From the NCBI RefSeq assembly GCF_009914755.1, contig NC_060947.1: a stretch of DNA of 64,000 nt, one strand, 5' to 3'. The DNA is from the human T2T-CHM13v2.0 reference genome, Homo sapiens. The notes beneath the pieces were generated by a model. The model was not told the origin of the DNA, ran no database searches, and saw only the letters and a list, made by a program, of their open reading frames with translations. Below, one piece after another: positions 47,606-63,819 of the stretch (positions within the stretch are counted from its first letter, which is position 1; the number at the start of each line of letters is the position of its first letter). Both the position numbers and the translations under genes were made by a program.

Positions 47606-48561
47606 AAAAAACATTTGAATCTGAATAGAGGAATACATATATAGCATATTTTAGGAAGAAGAACACTCTCTTCAGATGTTGGCAATGTTGCTACTAGTAT
47701 TATTACCTTATTCTAGGTATGTATCTTTGGGAGGTAAATAGGGATTCTTTGTATGTGTTCTGATTATCTTCAAGTCATGATGATGCTCAATAAATAATAA
47801 AAAAGGATTCAATAACCTGCATAGATGGTGCAGAAGGTAATATATTCTGTGAGGCTCTGTAGTGCAGTGGGGGTCCCAGAGATGAGGTTTAAAAAACAAT
47901 GCATAATTCACCAGCATGCTCTGGAAAGACCAGTCTTCAGAAAACAATTGTGGATGACTCAGCTTGTCCGTTCGTTCGTTCTTTTCTTTTCTTCTTTTCT
48001 TTTCTCTCTCTCTCTTTTTCTCACTTTCTCTCCAAAACTATCTGGAATTCTTTACTTGCTATAGTTATGCATATGACTTATAGCGAGCTGATAAAATATA
48101 GTGCAAAATTAAATACAATGCCGGAAATAATAGAATAATCTCAGAATGAGGTAACCTATAGATGTATGACATAGTTTGGTGTTGGGGGTAGAGTTGTAAC
48201 CTCTAGTTATCTGCTATCTGGGTCACATCAAGCTTTTAGTGTGTGTAACTCACAGAGTTTTGAAGGTGTAATTTGATCTGTGCTATACTTGAGTCTGTGA
48301 AACAGCAAAACCCATTATGACTATGTCCTACAGCCCTTGTAAAATCCTAAGTCTTGAGCTTCAGGATTCTGCTGATATTTAATATCTGAATTATTTCAAG
48401 GAAGGTAAGGAAAGTGTACTATCTTACTATGTTTATTTCTTGAGTGAGGAAAATTGAAAGGGACTAAAGGAAAGAACTCGTTGCCAAGAGCAGTGTCCAG
48501 AGGTCACTGGTTTTGCTTTGTGGCTTTGCTGGAATAAAACCAACGTGTTTGGGGTTGCCTA

Positions 48562-49035
48562 GGTCTTATGTTGGGTCATCTGGAGGCAGATCTGGAGATG
48601 AGAATTCCTGTGTAAGTGATTCATTAAACAAATACTCCCAAGAGAAATCAGTAAGGGAATGGGAGAAGCAAGACAGGGAGGGATGAGAGTCCAATTTCAG
48701 GAGACATCTCAGAACTAGTCTGATCCTGCAGGGAACTTTGGAAGTACAAATTATACCTCAGAGTTTGTCCTGAATTGAGGCAAGGGGGCTGGGCTTTCAT
48801 ATTGCCGCTTAGGGCTGCTTGGGTGGAGGCAGAGGCGGAGGCGGAGGTGCAGGTGCAGGAAAAGTGGGTAGAAGGCAAATAAACCCCCAGGAACTAGCTA
48901 TTTTTGATTGCAGGCAAGGAGCTCTAGTAGTTCCTAGGGCAGGCCTTCAGAAAGTCTCAGGTGTTGGCCATTAGAAAAGAAAAAACATAGATGCTGGAGG
49001 GATGTACAGAAGTTATAAAAGGGATCCCAGGGAAT
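48562..49035 (-). mobile_element. Old ERVL-type LTR
   Basis: gttgggtcatctggaggcagatctggagatgagaattcctgtgtaagtgattcatt. Confidence 0.5.
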
Positions 49036-49149
49036 CTGGTCAGAGCCCTGACAGTGTACTTGTAAGCTTCTCTTTTGCTTTTATGAAACCCAGAATCTGG
49101 AGAAGGGAGAGAGAAATTTTCACATGGAACTGTAAAGTTTCTCTAAAGC

Positions 49150-49375
49150 AAGGGTTGACGAACTTTTTCTAGAAAGGGCCAGATAAAATATTTGAGGCTT
49201 TGTGGGCCACAGGGTGTCTGACCCAATTATTCAACTCTACAACTGTACTGCAGAAGCAGCCATAGTTGACAGGTAAACAAATGAGTGTGGCTATGTTCCA
49301 ATAAAACTTTATTTATAAAAACAGGGGTAGGGTGGCTGGATTTGGCCCAGGGACCATATTTTGCCAATCGCTGCT
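49150..49375. mobile_element. MER58A
   Basis: agggttgacgaactttttctagaaagggccagat ... ccaataaaactttatttataaaaacagg. Confidence 0.8.
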
Positions 49376-49824
49376 CTTGAGGTTCTTTATATGTGCCTAA
49401 GTTTGTTTTTCCTTTATTTATTCCCTATCTGTTATAAAACACAGAGGATAATTAGTACCTTTGTCTATCTAAATGATGGTTATGACATTATGATGTATCT
49501 TAAATTATTCTAGATCACTGCCTCCAATCTTTCTGGCATCCTGGCCATCTTTCACAATGTTGCAAAGATAATCTTCCTGAAGCATGACTCATCTCCTTTT
49601 ATTCCCATGCTAAACATATTTAGCTCTCTCTTAGCTGTAAAATAAAATATAGGCTTGTTAACATGGCATTCAGGAATCCCTGTGATCTGACCCCAGGCCA
49701 ATTTTCCTGCATTATTTTCTGTTCTCCATCCTCATGTACTTATAGTCCAGCTACATTAAATTACTCGCCCTCTCTCCAATATGCCATATCGTGTGTGTTT
49801 GCTATCTCCTTGTAGTTTTTTTCA

Positions 49825-51238
<1,414 letters not shown>

Positions 51239-51646
51239 TGCCTCTGTCTTTGCCCCTGTTTCTTCTCCTGGAATGTTCTTCTAGCTCTACATTTTGAAAT
51301 CCTAACCATTCTCTTAAGACTCGATTCAGTCACCTTCTCCATTAAGCATTTTCTCCATGCAGAAACAGTCTCTCCTCTGGACTTTGATAACAATATTGTC
51401 TATTTCTATTAAATTTTTTATTTTGTTTACATTGTACTAGACAGTTATTTGCTACATTCACTGCATTTTTAGTATACTGAGGTCTCTCAATATATATCTA
51501 TATATTTTTGCCCTTCACAGTGGCTTGCATATAGTAGATATTCAGTAAATGGAGTTTTCAGATGAAGGGCGCATTTCTACATCTTGTGATTATTAATGAT
51601 TTAAGTGCTGAAACTCTGACATTATTTTTCTTTTTCCTTTTTGTAG

Positions 51647-51724
51647 GCGAGAGCTGTTTTGGCAAAAGTTGGCTATCCAGAGTTTATAATGAATGATACT
51701 CATGTTAATGAAGACCTCAAAGCT
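51647..51724 (+). CDS. PHEX: PHEX coding exon (exon 13, c.1405-1482, aa 469-494)
   Basis: Long pyrimidine tract with ttgtAG acceptor and GCT|GTAAGT donor. The 78 nt, phase 0/0 exon translates [26 protein letters not shown], with the M13 family VGYP motif and an N-D-T glycosylation sequon. It is in frame with the previous exon. Confidence 0.97.
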
Positions 51725-53340
51725 GTAAGTGCTAAATTTACTGTACTTTTTTTTTTCTGGCAAGTTTTACTGGCCTTGTGCCTTTCAACTAACCCAAGTC
51801 CTAGCAATTAAAACTGGTGATGCCAGAAAACACCAACTTTTGATTAATTCCTTGGCTAGATATGAGCCTGAATATGCCAGGCAGATCACAAGATTTAGGG
51901 CAGATTCAAAATAAAGAAGTGTCAGAAACGATGCGTAGCTGAGTGGGTACCAAAAAACAAATGGACTTGGGTTTGGCCTAATTTGATCATAAAAGAAAGA
52001 ATTAAGCAAATTGAGTATGTTACAATTAGTGGGCATGTTCTAATGGCAAATGCATCATGTTTGTTGTTAAATACTTTTTATTTGCTTCATTCGTATTAAA
52101 TGAATAGTAATAAATCTGCCTGCTGGGAGTTAACTTCATTAAACTTTATGAGTGTTTTGGCAAATTAAATGCATATACATACGACTCTATAATTTATTGT
52201 GAATTGGATTGTGTATTTGCAGTAAGTTACTGATGAAAAATGGTCATAATTCTTTTTTATTTCAATATTTTTGGACATGTATTTTCCAGTAGGTGTATTA
52301 ATTACAGGCCTTTCTATTCACAAGCACTGTTATTTCCTCTCCTACAAATAGTTCTGATAAGTGATTTTTCTTCCTCATTTAAAAAAACCTGTTTTTACTA
52401 TTCACTAGATTTTCTTGAAAATGTAGTCTTTTGAAATTCTTTAAGTAACTATAGTTCTGAGGTATAGCTCTTTCCTGAAATTGTGGTTCAACAAGTGGCA
52501 TATCTGAAAACGATCCCAGCTTTGTAGATGAGCATCAAAATTTTACAAGACTATTCAAAAGTGAGAGAAAGCATTAATTAGAATCTTCCTCCATTGGGCT
52601 CTAAGATATAGCCTCCCAAAATATTGATACAGTTGCTCTGGAAGAAAATAATGATGCCTCATAGCATCCTAAAACTCAGTCTATCTTATTATACACTGTT
52701 TTGATGATGCTGAAAATCCCATTATTATTATCGTAACTAAAAATATTGAAGCACTTGACATATTCATGTACATTATCTTTTAATTCCTTCAGTGATTCTG
52801 TGAAATAGATGATGTTCATTCCCATTTTGCAGAAAAGGACATAGAGACTCAATAATTTAAGTGAGCTCCTCAGTTCCACACAGACTTTCAGAGCCAGGAC
52901 TGATATCTGGGCTCAGGAAGCTCTGCCTGTAATCAGACAAGGGATTCTTGAGGGTCCTTTTTAGGCAGCTATGCTGGAGGAACAGAGGCATCAGGGTGGA
53001 GACTTGGTGGGGGCAGTGTGACCAGGGCTGTTGGAAGAAGAGCAGAGGGAAGGCCATGTTATCAAATGGTTAAGAGCACAGGCTCCAGTATCATGGGCCT
53101 GGGTTTGAATTCTGCTTCTTGTACTTACTAGTTATTTCATCCTGTGTAGGTTACTTAACTTCGGTTAGCCTCCCTTTGGTTATCTGGCTACTGGAAATAT
53201 AATAACCAAGTCTTAGTATTGTTGGGAAGATTAGATGAGACTGTATAAATGTAAAAGCACTTGGCATAATACTCTGGCTCAGAGTATAGCCTACTTCCTA
53301 TAAAGGGTAGCTTTGCGGATCAATATGGACCATTTGTGGT

Positions 53341-53543
53341 CCATTTTCAAATCAGCCATATAAAATATTCCATTTCATTGATCCTTAATAGAAATAGACT
53401 CAAGCGTGAATTTCTACCAATTTTGGAAATATATCTGTATCAGCCAGGAAAGCAAAAAGCACAGTAGGTATTTTAAACAGGGAATTTAATACAGGAAATG
53501 GGTTGGAAGGCAAGAAAAGGGAAAATAGATAAACCACAGGTTA
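53341..53543 (+). repeat. Dispersed direct repeat, copy 1 (partner 55553-55757)
   Basis: About 200 bp aligning at roughly 90% by hand count, including non-LTR flank. Confidence 0.9.
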
Positions 53544-54411
53544 AACTGCTGTTGCTACTAAGAAGAGTATCATCAGGGCACAAAGTACCTTAGCAGGAGA
53601 ACCTGGGTAACTCCATACTATTGGTATATATTCTGAGTCAGCATGTGGATGAGAAGGTTTGAGAGACAGTTTGATGTAGAGGTTATAAATAGGGACCGTG
53701 GAGTCAAAGTGCCTGGAGTAAAACCCCCAGTCTACCATGTACCACCTTGTTACCTAGGGTAGGTTATGTATCCTCTCTGTGCCTTTCTTCATCTGAAGAA
53801 TGAAGGTCATACCAATCCCTCCCATATAGGATTTCTGGGAGGATCAAATAAGTTAACATATTTGAAGTGTTTAGAATGAACCCTAACATACAATCAGCAC
53901 AATACATGTGTTAGCTATGACATCCTCAATTCACACTTGTGGTAGTGAACTATTTTGGTTTGAAAAAGTCCTCATGAATTAACTCATGCACTGTCCAGGT
54001 CCCTCAAATTGATTTAAAAGGGTATACAGATGGAGCAGTCTCAAGCTTTAATCGAATAAGGTAGAACTTAAGGCTTACTCACAATATTTAGTTGATCAAG
54101 TTTTGTTGGCATTCTGTTGCTAAGTTCAGAGCCCCAAATTTAAGGACCCATTGAATGCAATATCTTTTGTGAAAAGAAACCAGATGCCAAACAGGATGCC
54201 ATGTTGGCTGTGCTTCTTTGTTTCTCTGGGGCCTGAACTGAAGACATTACACACCAAGATTTTTAATCACTTCTTTGAAGAAATGGCTTTCATCTGACTC
54301 ATTGCCAAAGCAGACACAATTACGCCCAAGAGTTTTAACAGTTTAAAAACCTGACAGTGAAAAAAATTCCAGGTACATGAAGTAAAAAGACATTTGTATT
54401 CAGAAACCGAT

Positions 54412-54979
54412 TGTTTTAGTCAATTTACACGGTGCTATAAAGAAATACCCGAGACTGGATAATTTATAGAGGAAAGAGGTTTAATTGACTCACAGTTCCA
54501 CACGGCTGGGGAGGCCTCAGGAAACCTACAATCATGGCGGAAAGTGAAGGGGAAACAGGCACCTTCTTCACAAGGCGGCAGGAGGGAAGAGTGAGAGTTC
54601 AGGAAAAAACTGCCACTTTTAAAACCATCAGATCTCATGAGAACTCACTATCACAAGAACAGCATGGGGGAAACTGCCCCCATGATTCAATCACCTCCCT
54701 CCCTTGACATATGGGGATTACAAGTCCCTCCCTCGACACGTGGGGATTACAATTCGAGATGAGATTTGTGCTCTCTCACTTTCTCTCCCCCTCAAGCCCC
54801 GCCCTTTTCTTTTTCTGACAGTGACTTCAGTCCCTCCTCCAAACCTCAGCTCTGGAGTGGCAGGCAGTTCTCCTCTACTCTCCTAAGTGATGGTACCATC
54901 ACCTCCTCCCTTCTGTGACCCTAGACACAGGAGTCGCAGCTGTGTACTCCTGTGACTCTCACAGAGCCAAATCATATCA
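54412..54979 (-). mobile_element. MST-type MaLR solo LTR carrying a foreign insert at about 54769-54960
   Basis: tgttttagtc... start, terminal acagagccaaatcatatca and 5-bp TSD ccgat/ctgat (one CpG transition). Confidence 0.88.
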
Positions 54980-55950
54980 CTGATAGAGAAAATGAATAAA
55001 ACCCACCCTAAAAATAGGTAAAGGATGATATGATAGATTGTAATATTGTCACTGAGGGCAATAGCAAAAAGACTGAAGTATTCCTGGTACACAATGAGAC
55101 TGTTTTCAGTTTTAAGAAACATGTAGATAAGGACTGCTATAGGACCTATGAGAAATTTCTGGTAATACGAGCTCTGAGCATGAGAGGCTGTTACAAATGA
55201 AAAACAGCATGCTGCATTTGAGACAGGTGGAGATATGATTCATCAGGCACAAATGCAAAAGGAAAGAGGAGCGAGATTACCTGATGGATCAGACGAAGGT
55301 CAAGGAGAAATGTTGAAAATTGAAGTTGGGCTCATGTGGAAATAAAAGCAAATGAGATAGAATTAAGAGGTAAATATGCAAAGGAATCAGAAATTTTTTA
55401 AGGATGACAAGGTAAACTGAGGTACTCAGCAAAGCATTTCCGAACAACAATCTTGTAGTTTTTGAAAAGAACAGGAAGAAATAAAATGCCCTTTATTTGA
55501 ACCCCCATCAACATGCAGGAAAGCCTGTTAGCCTAAAAAGGTAGGCATGAGCCCATTTTCAAATCAGCCTAATAAAGTATTCCATTTCATTGATTCTTAA
55601 TAGAAATAGATTCAAAAGTGAGTCTCTCCCAATTTTGGAAATATTTCAGTATTAGCCAGGAAAGCAAAAAGCACACTAGGTATTTTAAACAAGGAATTTA
55701 ATACATGAAATATGTTGGAAGGCAAGAAGAGGGAAAAATGAGATAAACCACAGATTAGTAACTTTAGAAAGCAGCTGCGACTCCTGTGTCTAGGGTCACA
55801 GAAGGGAGGAGGTGATGGTACCGTCACTTAGGAGAGTAGAGGAGAACTGCCACTCCAGAGCTGAGCTTTGCAGGAGGAACTAAAGATTCTTCCAGAGTTA
55901 TTGTCAGAAAAAGAAAAGGGAGGGAGTAGAGGGGGAGAGAGAGTGAGAGA
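54771..55950. repeat. Inverted repeat with arms 54771-54942 and 55772-55950 (about 830-bp spacer)
   Basis: The reverse complement of 54845-54942 matches 55772-55865 with one substitution and one 4-nt indel. The outer arms are about 85% identical plus a 12-nt indel. Confidence 0.93.
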
Positions 55951-56131
55951 CAGCAACACAGCACCCTTTTCCCTTCTGCAACCCACTAATTTCCTGTAGT
56001 GCCTCCTATTTGCAGGAAGCTAATTGGCAAAGGAGCTTGAGAAACAGTTTTCAGATTCCCAGTCCCCAGCATTACGGAACAGAGTGAAAGGGTAGGCATG
56101 TAGCTGAAAAACTACAGGTAAATAACTGGCA
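55648..56131 (-). mobile_element. Old ERVL-type LTR (donor of the inverted insert)
   Basis: gtattagccaggaaagc...ggaatttaataca... resembles the element at 47187; ends near ggtaaataactggca. Confidence 0.5.
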
Positions 56132-56346
56132 CTATTAAGGACGTTACTAAGGACCAAAGTCAGAATCATGGCTGGCCTCCATTTACTTAGGAGAATTGGA
56201 AATGAGAAAATTTTCAGAGGCCAAAGTTTCTGGTGAGTGATACACACATATATAGACATAAATGTGCATATAGGGATATGCAGATATGTGAACCTATGTA
56301 AGATTCTCTGTGGTGGGTCTGGTCTACTTTGGCCAGTGAAACACTA

Positions 56347-56381
56347 GTGTGTGTGTGTAGTGTGTGTGTGTGTGTGTGTGT
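56347..56381. repeat. Interrupted (TG)n microsatellite
   Basis: gtgtgtgtgtgtagtgtgtgtgtgtgtgtgtgtgt. Confidence 0.9.
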
Positions 56382-56835
56382 ACATGACAGAGAGTGCCAC
56401 TCTGCAAGAGTGAGGTGATATTCAGATGGAATGCTAGAATGCTGCAGAAAAAGAGGTTGTTAAAATATTAAAATAATTCTTTACTATTTGTTAAAAAACA
56501 CAAAACATTGCGCTCAGCTCTTTCAAGGGACCCCTGGCCATCATGGCACTGGAGAGCTAAGGGTGGGCATTGGAGGTGGGACACCCTGGTGCCCCCCAAC
56601 CTTCCAGCCAGGCCTCTGTAACTCTCTCACATTGGCCTTCATCCAGACTGTTCCACTGGTCAGAGCAGACCAAGACCAGCCCCAGTGTGGAGATGGGACA
56701 TCTGGTTCCAGTGCTAGTGTGCTGGCTGGAACTCCCTCAGACCCACCTTCACATAGCTGTTTGTAGGAATTGCATCCTCCATGGTACACTGTATATGTGG
56801 ATTATTAAACATTTTGAGCATCACCTCAGTATATA

Positions 56836-56915
56836 TTAGGTTGGTGCAAAAGTAATTGTGGTTTTTGCCATTACTATTAATGCCAAAAACTGCAATTACT
56901 TTTGCACCAACATAA
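56836..56915. mobile_element. MADE1 (Hsmar1-derived MITE, 80 bp)
   Basis: ttaggttggtgcaaaagtaattg...caattacttttgcaccaacataa near-palindrome with TA on both sides. Confidence 0.93.
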
Positions 56916-57794
56916 TAAGTATGTCTACATGTATAGACACACATTACTTTTGGGCAAAGCCATCTAAACACACCAATCTTGCATGTTGCTTTGTTGTTTG
57001 AATAAGGGGACATGTAGATATAAAATACGGATTCCATTAAGTATTCAGAAAATCCTTTGGGTGCCTAACATAAAGTCTTTCTAATAGATATTTGGATATA
57101 TCTCTGAGTATCTTTAAATGGATTTAAATTAAATGAAAGGTATCCTAGAATTTACACTTCCTACTGGCACAGTAAGGAAAGTACCACAATTAGTGCTTCA
57201 GTATTTTTCATCTGCCTATTCCTACATGTAGGCCGAAGACTATACTACAGATCATTTGCATTCCTATGTACTGCCTTATAAACATGTACTTATCCTACAG
57301 AGAAGCTGAACACATTTCCTTGTTCTGCGCTTATTACAGGTTCTCCATCTTTGGGGTGGTGGTGGTGGTAATAACTTTATTCTTCCATTTAGTCTGTGGA
57401 TCTGGGATAGGATATTCAAGAAGAGAAATGTAGGCTCTCCTGAATTTTATGATCGGGACAGCTGTTCCTGGGAAATGACACAAGAATCCCAATTAATTCC
57501 CCAAAGGTCACGCAATTGAAAAGTCAAGAGATGGAATTGATTGAAAGTGATCATCAACTTGACCTAGACTTTTTCCAGTAACTGAAAGGACAAGAGGCTT
57601 TTGAGCCAAGTATTGTCTCTTGCCAAATTTAATTTTTTCATTTTGGAGATTACAAGCGGCTTTAAAATATTCATGCGAATTCATTCTTGTTTCTACTTCT
57701 AGAAAAAATAGAACTTTCTCAATAGTTGCTGGGTTTCAATTCTTTTTCTCATCCAAGGGCCTTTTGAAATATTTAAAATTATCAAAATATTATT

Positions 57795-59255
<1,461 letters not shown>

Positions 59256-59411
59256 GCTGTCTTGGAAACAAAAGCTGAAAAAGGCAAAGGGTTGAACAGT
59301 GGACACATCTTTTAACCATATGATCTGGGAATGCCTTAGGATTGCTAGTAAGGTTGCTTTCTATAACAAGGTGCTTACTCTGTTTCTTCTGAGGCTAAAA
59401 GAAAACCTTTA

Positions 59412-59835
<424 letters not shown>

Positions 59836-61577
59836 CTATTTTAACACATAGTAAACATATTGCCATATTAGCTTTGTACATGCACACACACATTTTAAAT
59901 GAACAGATGCATTTGAAATTTTGTCTGTAATCTTCCTTGATCTAATCTCCTTCCTCTGCGTCTATCTCCATCTCTGCATATAAACACTACCTTGAGTTCA
60001 GTCTTATTATTGTTATTCCCATGCCTTTCTTTATGCTTTTGCTACATAGGTACGCATCCATCAACAGCATACAGTGTTGTTTTGCATGTTTAAAAACTTT
60101 AAATTTCCTCATAGATACAACTTACCTTATTCACTCTGCATAATTTTTAAGATTATTTCATGTTCATGCATACAGAACAATCATGTAAACTGTTGTATTG
60201 CCTTCCATTATGTGAATATACCACAATTTGTTTATCAGCCCCTCTTCCCTGAGCAAGCAGTTTGAGGGACAATTTAAAGTCATAGTGTTATAATTTGTTG
60301 GCCAAGCAGAACACAGAGGGTGCCAGGAATCAATACTTTTATTTCTGCCTTTCTCCATGTGCCTTCAGTTATTTTACTCCTTCCTTTATATTTTGGCTTG
60401 GTCTCCTGGAAAGATTGTTAAGATGACTCCTTAACAAAAACTTCTCCACGGACATGAGAACCCACTCTGTGTTAGGGAGGAGCTAAATGTGAGCCAGACA
60501 TTGGTCAACAAGTAGGTGACTGTCGAGCCTATTACCATCAAATTGCATATATACATTCGTATCTATAATGTAATGCCTTGTGGGTTTCATATACACGAGT
60601 ATTTTACTTTTTGCTTTTAAAAGACTATTAAAGTTATAAAAATTACAGTTTATAAGAATTTGGTTACCCTTGGTTATCTCCTTATTCAAATGTGTATTTT
60701 TCTTAATTTCCATAGTAATATATTTAAAAACCCAAGCATTGGAGGTCACTACAAACGATTGCATGAACAGCTCCACAGATCTTATTTACAATAAATAGCT
60801 AGGTTAGGTATTGCTAGTTTTGTAGATGGAGTGCCTATAGAATGGAAACCGTCTGCCATTCTCCTTCCAAAACAAGGAAAGGAACTAAAAAAGCAATTAT
60901 GTCTGTTTCCTTGTCTTAATAGACAACATTGTTGTGAGCTGCTACCAGCTTTCTGTGTTCCCATGCAAGCTATAATCTATGATTTGCCTCTGTAATTTCA
61001 TTAATATTTAGTGACCAGAGACTTTTTGAGTGTTAACAGATACATTCTGTTAATAATTATTCTGGTGACTTCATTGTGCTTATGGTGGAAAATAGGTCTC
61101 TGAATCACATTTATTGTTTTCCTTTACGAACAACTACCAATTATTTGACTAAATCATTGTCTATAAGCTAAATGAGTTTTCAGCCAACTAAACTGCATGT
61201 TACTGAAAAAACTTACGTGACAAATTAACAAAGTACACATTTTAAAAAAGATCAAGGACTCGTGAGCCAAGAAATTTCAAACCAAAGATAATATGTTTTA
61301 TAAAGGTTGAAGTAGATTTTTCAATTAGAAAGTAAATGGAACGCATTGTAAATGACTGCAGCTTCTCTTGTTGTGTTTTTACTGTGATCCAGAAATGACT
61401 ATATTGATTTTTGAAGTTTTTACGTTAACAAAATCACTGAGACTAAATTTCATGGCTTTGTGACTTCTGGGTCAACTGATAACAGCTGAGAGAGGCTGTG
61501 ACTGATGCAGCTTCTCTGCTAGTTGCTCCTTCCTATGCTGAAGTATTTTTTTAGAGCCATCTTTTATCTTTACTTAG

Positions 61578-61712
<135 letters not shown>

Positions 61713-62649
61713 TGAGTATTAAACAAAAAAAGTTAAATAGATAAATACATTGGTGAGAAGCGGAGTCTCTTTAGATTAAACTTTGTAATTCCCCTCAAGT
61801 CAGAGTAGCTGGCTTGCCAGTTAACTTGTTTTAGCAAAATCTGTGTCATGTTTTGCCAACTCTTATTTTTTATATTACGTGATTCAGATCTTAAGTCTAA
61901 TTACAGGTCCCCCATTTCTAGCATCAACACATATCAAGAGAAGGCTTATTAGAATGCAAACATTAAAGTTATGTCTAGATCTAGTTATGAATATATAGAG
62001 AGGGAATAATTTCTCTGGATTTTTACATTCATGTAATAACTTTTGAAGACCTTAAAAAAGAATAAATACTTAAACTATGATTAGAAATGTCAAAGTAAAT
62101 GTATAGAAGCAACTAGAAAATATTTGTTGAGGTAATGCCTATCAAAGAACTGATAGCTATATTGTTTTTATCTAATAGCAGTTATGATTTATTTGCCTTC
62201 CTCTCAGCTGCCTATAGGAGTTTTTCCTACAGATAGGAGAGTTTCCTTAGGAACTTTTAGGCCCAGAGCCCACCAGCTACGATTTCATCCCTTAGCAAAA
62301 TGTCAGTGATGAATGTAGCAGCTAACAATTATTATTTGTTTACATTGTACCAGAAAGTGCTTTACAATTTTTAATTCATTTTATCCTCATACGAATTCTG
62401 TGTGGTATAGGTACTGTTATCCCCATTTTACAGGAAAATAAAAGGCTTACAACTGAGAAATTCTTCAGCTTAGGTTTGGATCACATTTTGTTCTGTCTGC
62501 TGGTGCTTTTGATTCCTGGGACTGGATTCTGTTCTGCTAAGGCCCACTTCTCCAATGCTTTTTTTTCTCTCTGTTCTCCAGATTGGATAATTTCTATTGG
62601 TCTGGATTTCAACTCCAGAATTTCTTTTTTTAATTTAATTGTATTATTA

Positions 62650-63008
62650 TTTTTTTAACTTATTTTTTATTTCAATAGATTTTGGGGGAACAGATGGTGG
62701 TTGGTTACATGAATAAGTTCTTTAGTGGTGATTTCTGAGATTTCAGTGCACCCATCACACGAGCAGTGTACATGTATACTGTATCAGTGTGTAGTCTTTT
62801 ATTCCTCACCCCCCTCCCACTCTTTCCCCCTAAGTCTCTAAAGTCCACTGTATCATTCTTATGCCTTTGTGTCCTCATAGCTTAGCTCCCTCTTATGAGT
62901 AAGAACATACAATGTGTGGTTTTCCATTCCTAAGTTACATAGGATAATGGTCTCCAATTCCATCCAGGTTGCTGTGAATGCCATTATTTCATTCCTTTTT
63001 ATGGCTGA
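62650..63008 (-). mobile_element. L1PB/L1PA-like 3' fragment embedded in older L1M sequence
   Basis: ttggttacatgaataagttctttagtggtgatttctgagattt; cttagctccctcttatgagtaagaacatac. Confidence 0.75.
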
Positions 63009-63819
63009 CAACTTCGGCATTTCCGTTTGTTTTTTGTAGTTTCTATTTCTCTGTTGTGATTCTTTGTTAAGTCATTGTCATCATATTTTCTATTAATTCT
63101 TCAAATAAAGTTTATTTTAATTCTTTGAAGTCATCTATAATAGTCACTTTCAAGTCTTTGCTAAATCTAATATGTGGGCTCAAACTAACTAGAGTTAGTT
63201 TCTATTGATTGCCTTTTTATTAAATTAATTAATTTTTTTTTACAGTTTTTCCTTTGCTTAACATTTTTTGTTGTTGTTGCTAATGACAGTTTAGATAGCA
63301 TGTTGTAGCAACTCTGGATTCTGATTTATTTTTCTGAGGCTTTTTTTTTTTAAAATCAAAAGTAACTGTCCTAACTTATACTGCCGAATAGATCTTCTCT
63401 GTGGTATGTAGCTGTCGATGTCTCCACTCAGTTTTTTAACTCTTATTTGTAGTTATTAGCCTCACTTCCTGCTGGTTGTCCCTGTGTCTACATAGCTTAG
63501 TGCTCAATCAGTGATTAGGTCAGAGCTTGTGCTTAAACACCTTGAGTCCATAGGGCTTCTACCCTCTGCCAGTTGCTCTGTGTGTGGGTTGGGAGCACCT
63601 TCAAAGTTATAGCCAGTTCTCAGTCCACCTTCAATTTCACCTTCCACCAGGCCCTCACTGGTCTTCCCTGCACATGTGCCTAGTTTCCCAGTCAGCCAGG
63701 GATGTGTGGAGTGCTTATTTGGCCCTTCTATTACTATTTCAGTTATAGGATCTCTCTTTTAAATTTCTGACTGGGTTTTCCTCGTTAGTTTTCTACTAAG
63801 TTGGCCATTCAAAAATTAA

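Noticed and set aside
54693-54752. About 29-bp tandem repeat (tccctccct.gaca..tggggattacaa) inside the MST LTR
   Set aside because: As I recall, this duplication occurs in MST consensus sequences, so it is probably not locus-specific.
53546-54942. Simple 1.4-kb inversion as the explanation for the split repeat
   Set aside because: The MST LTR keeps both termini and its TSD in one orientation across the putative breakpoint, so the inverted piece is an insertion, not the edge of an inversion.
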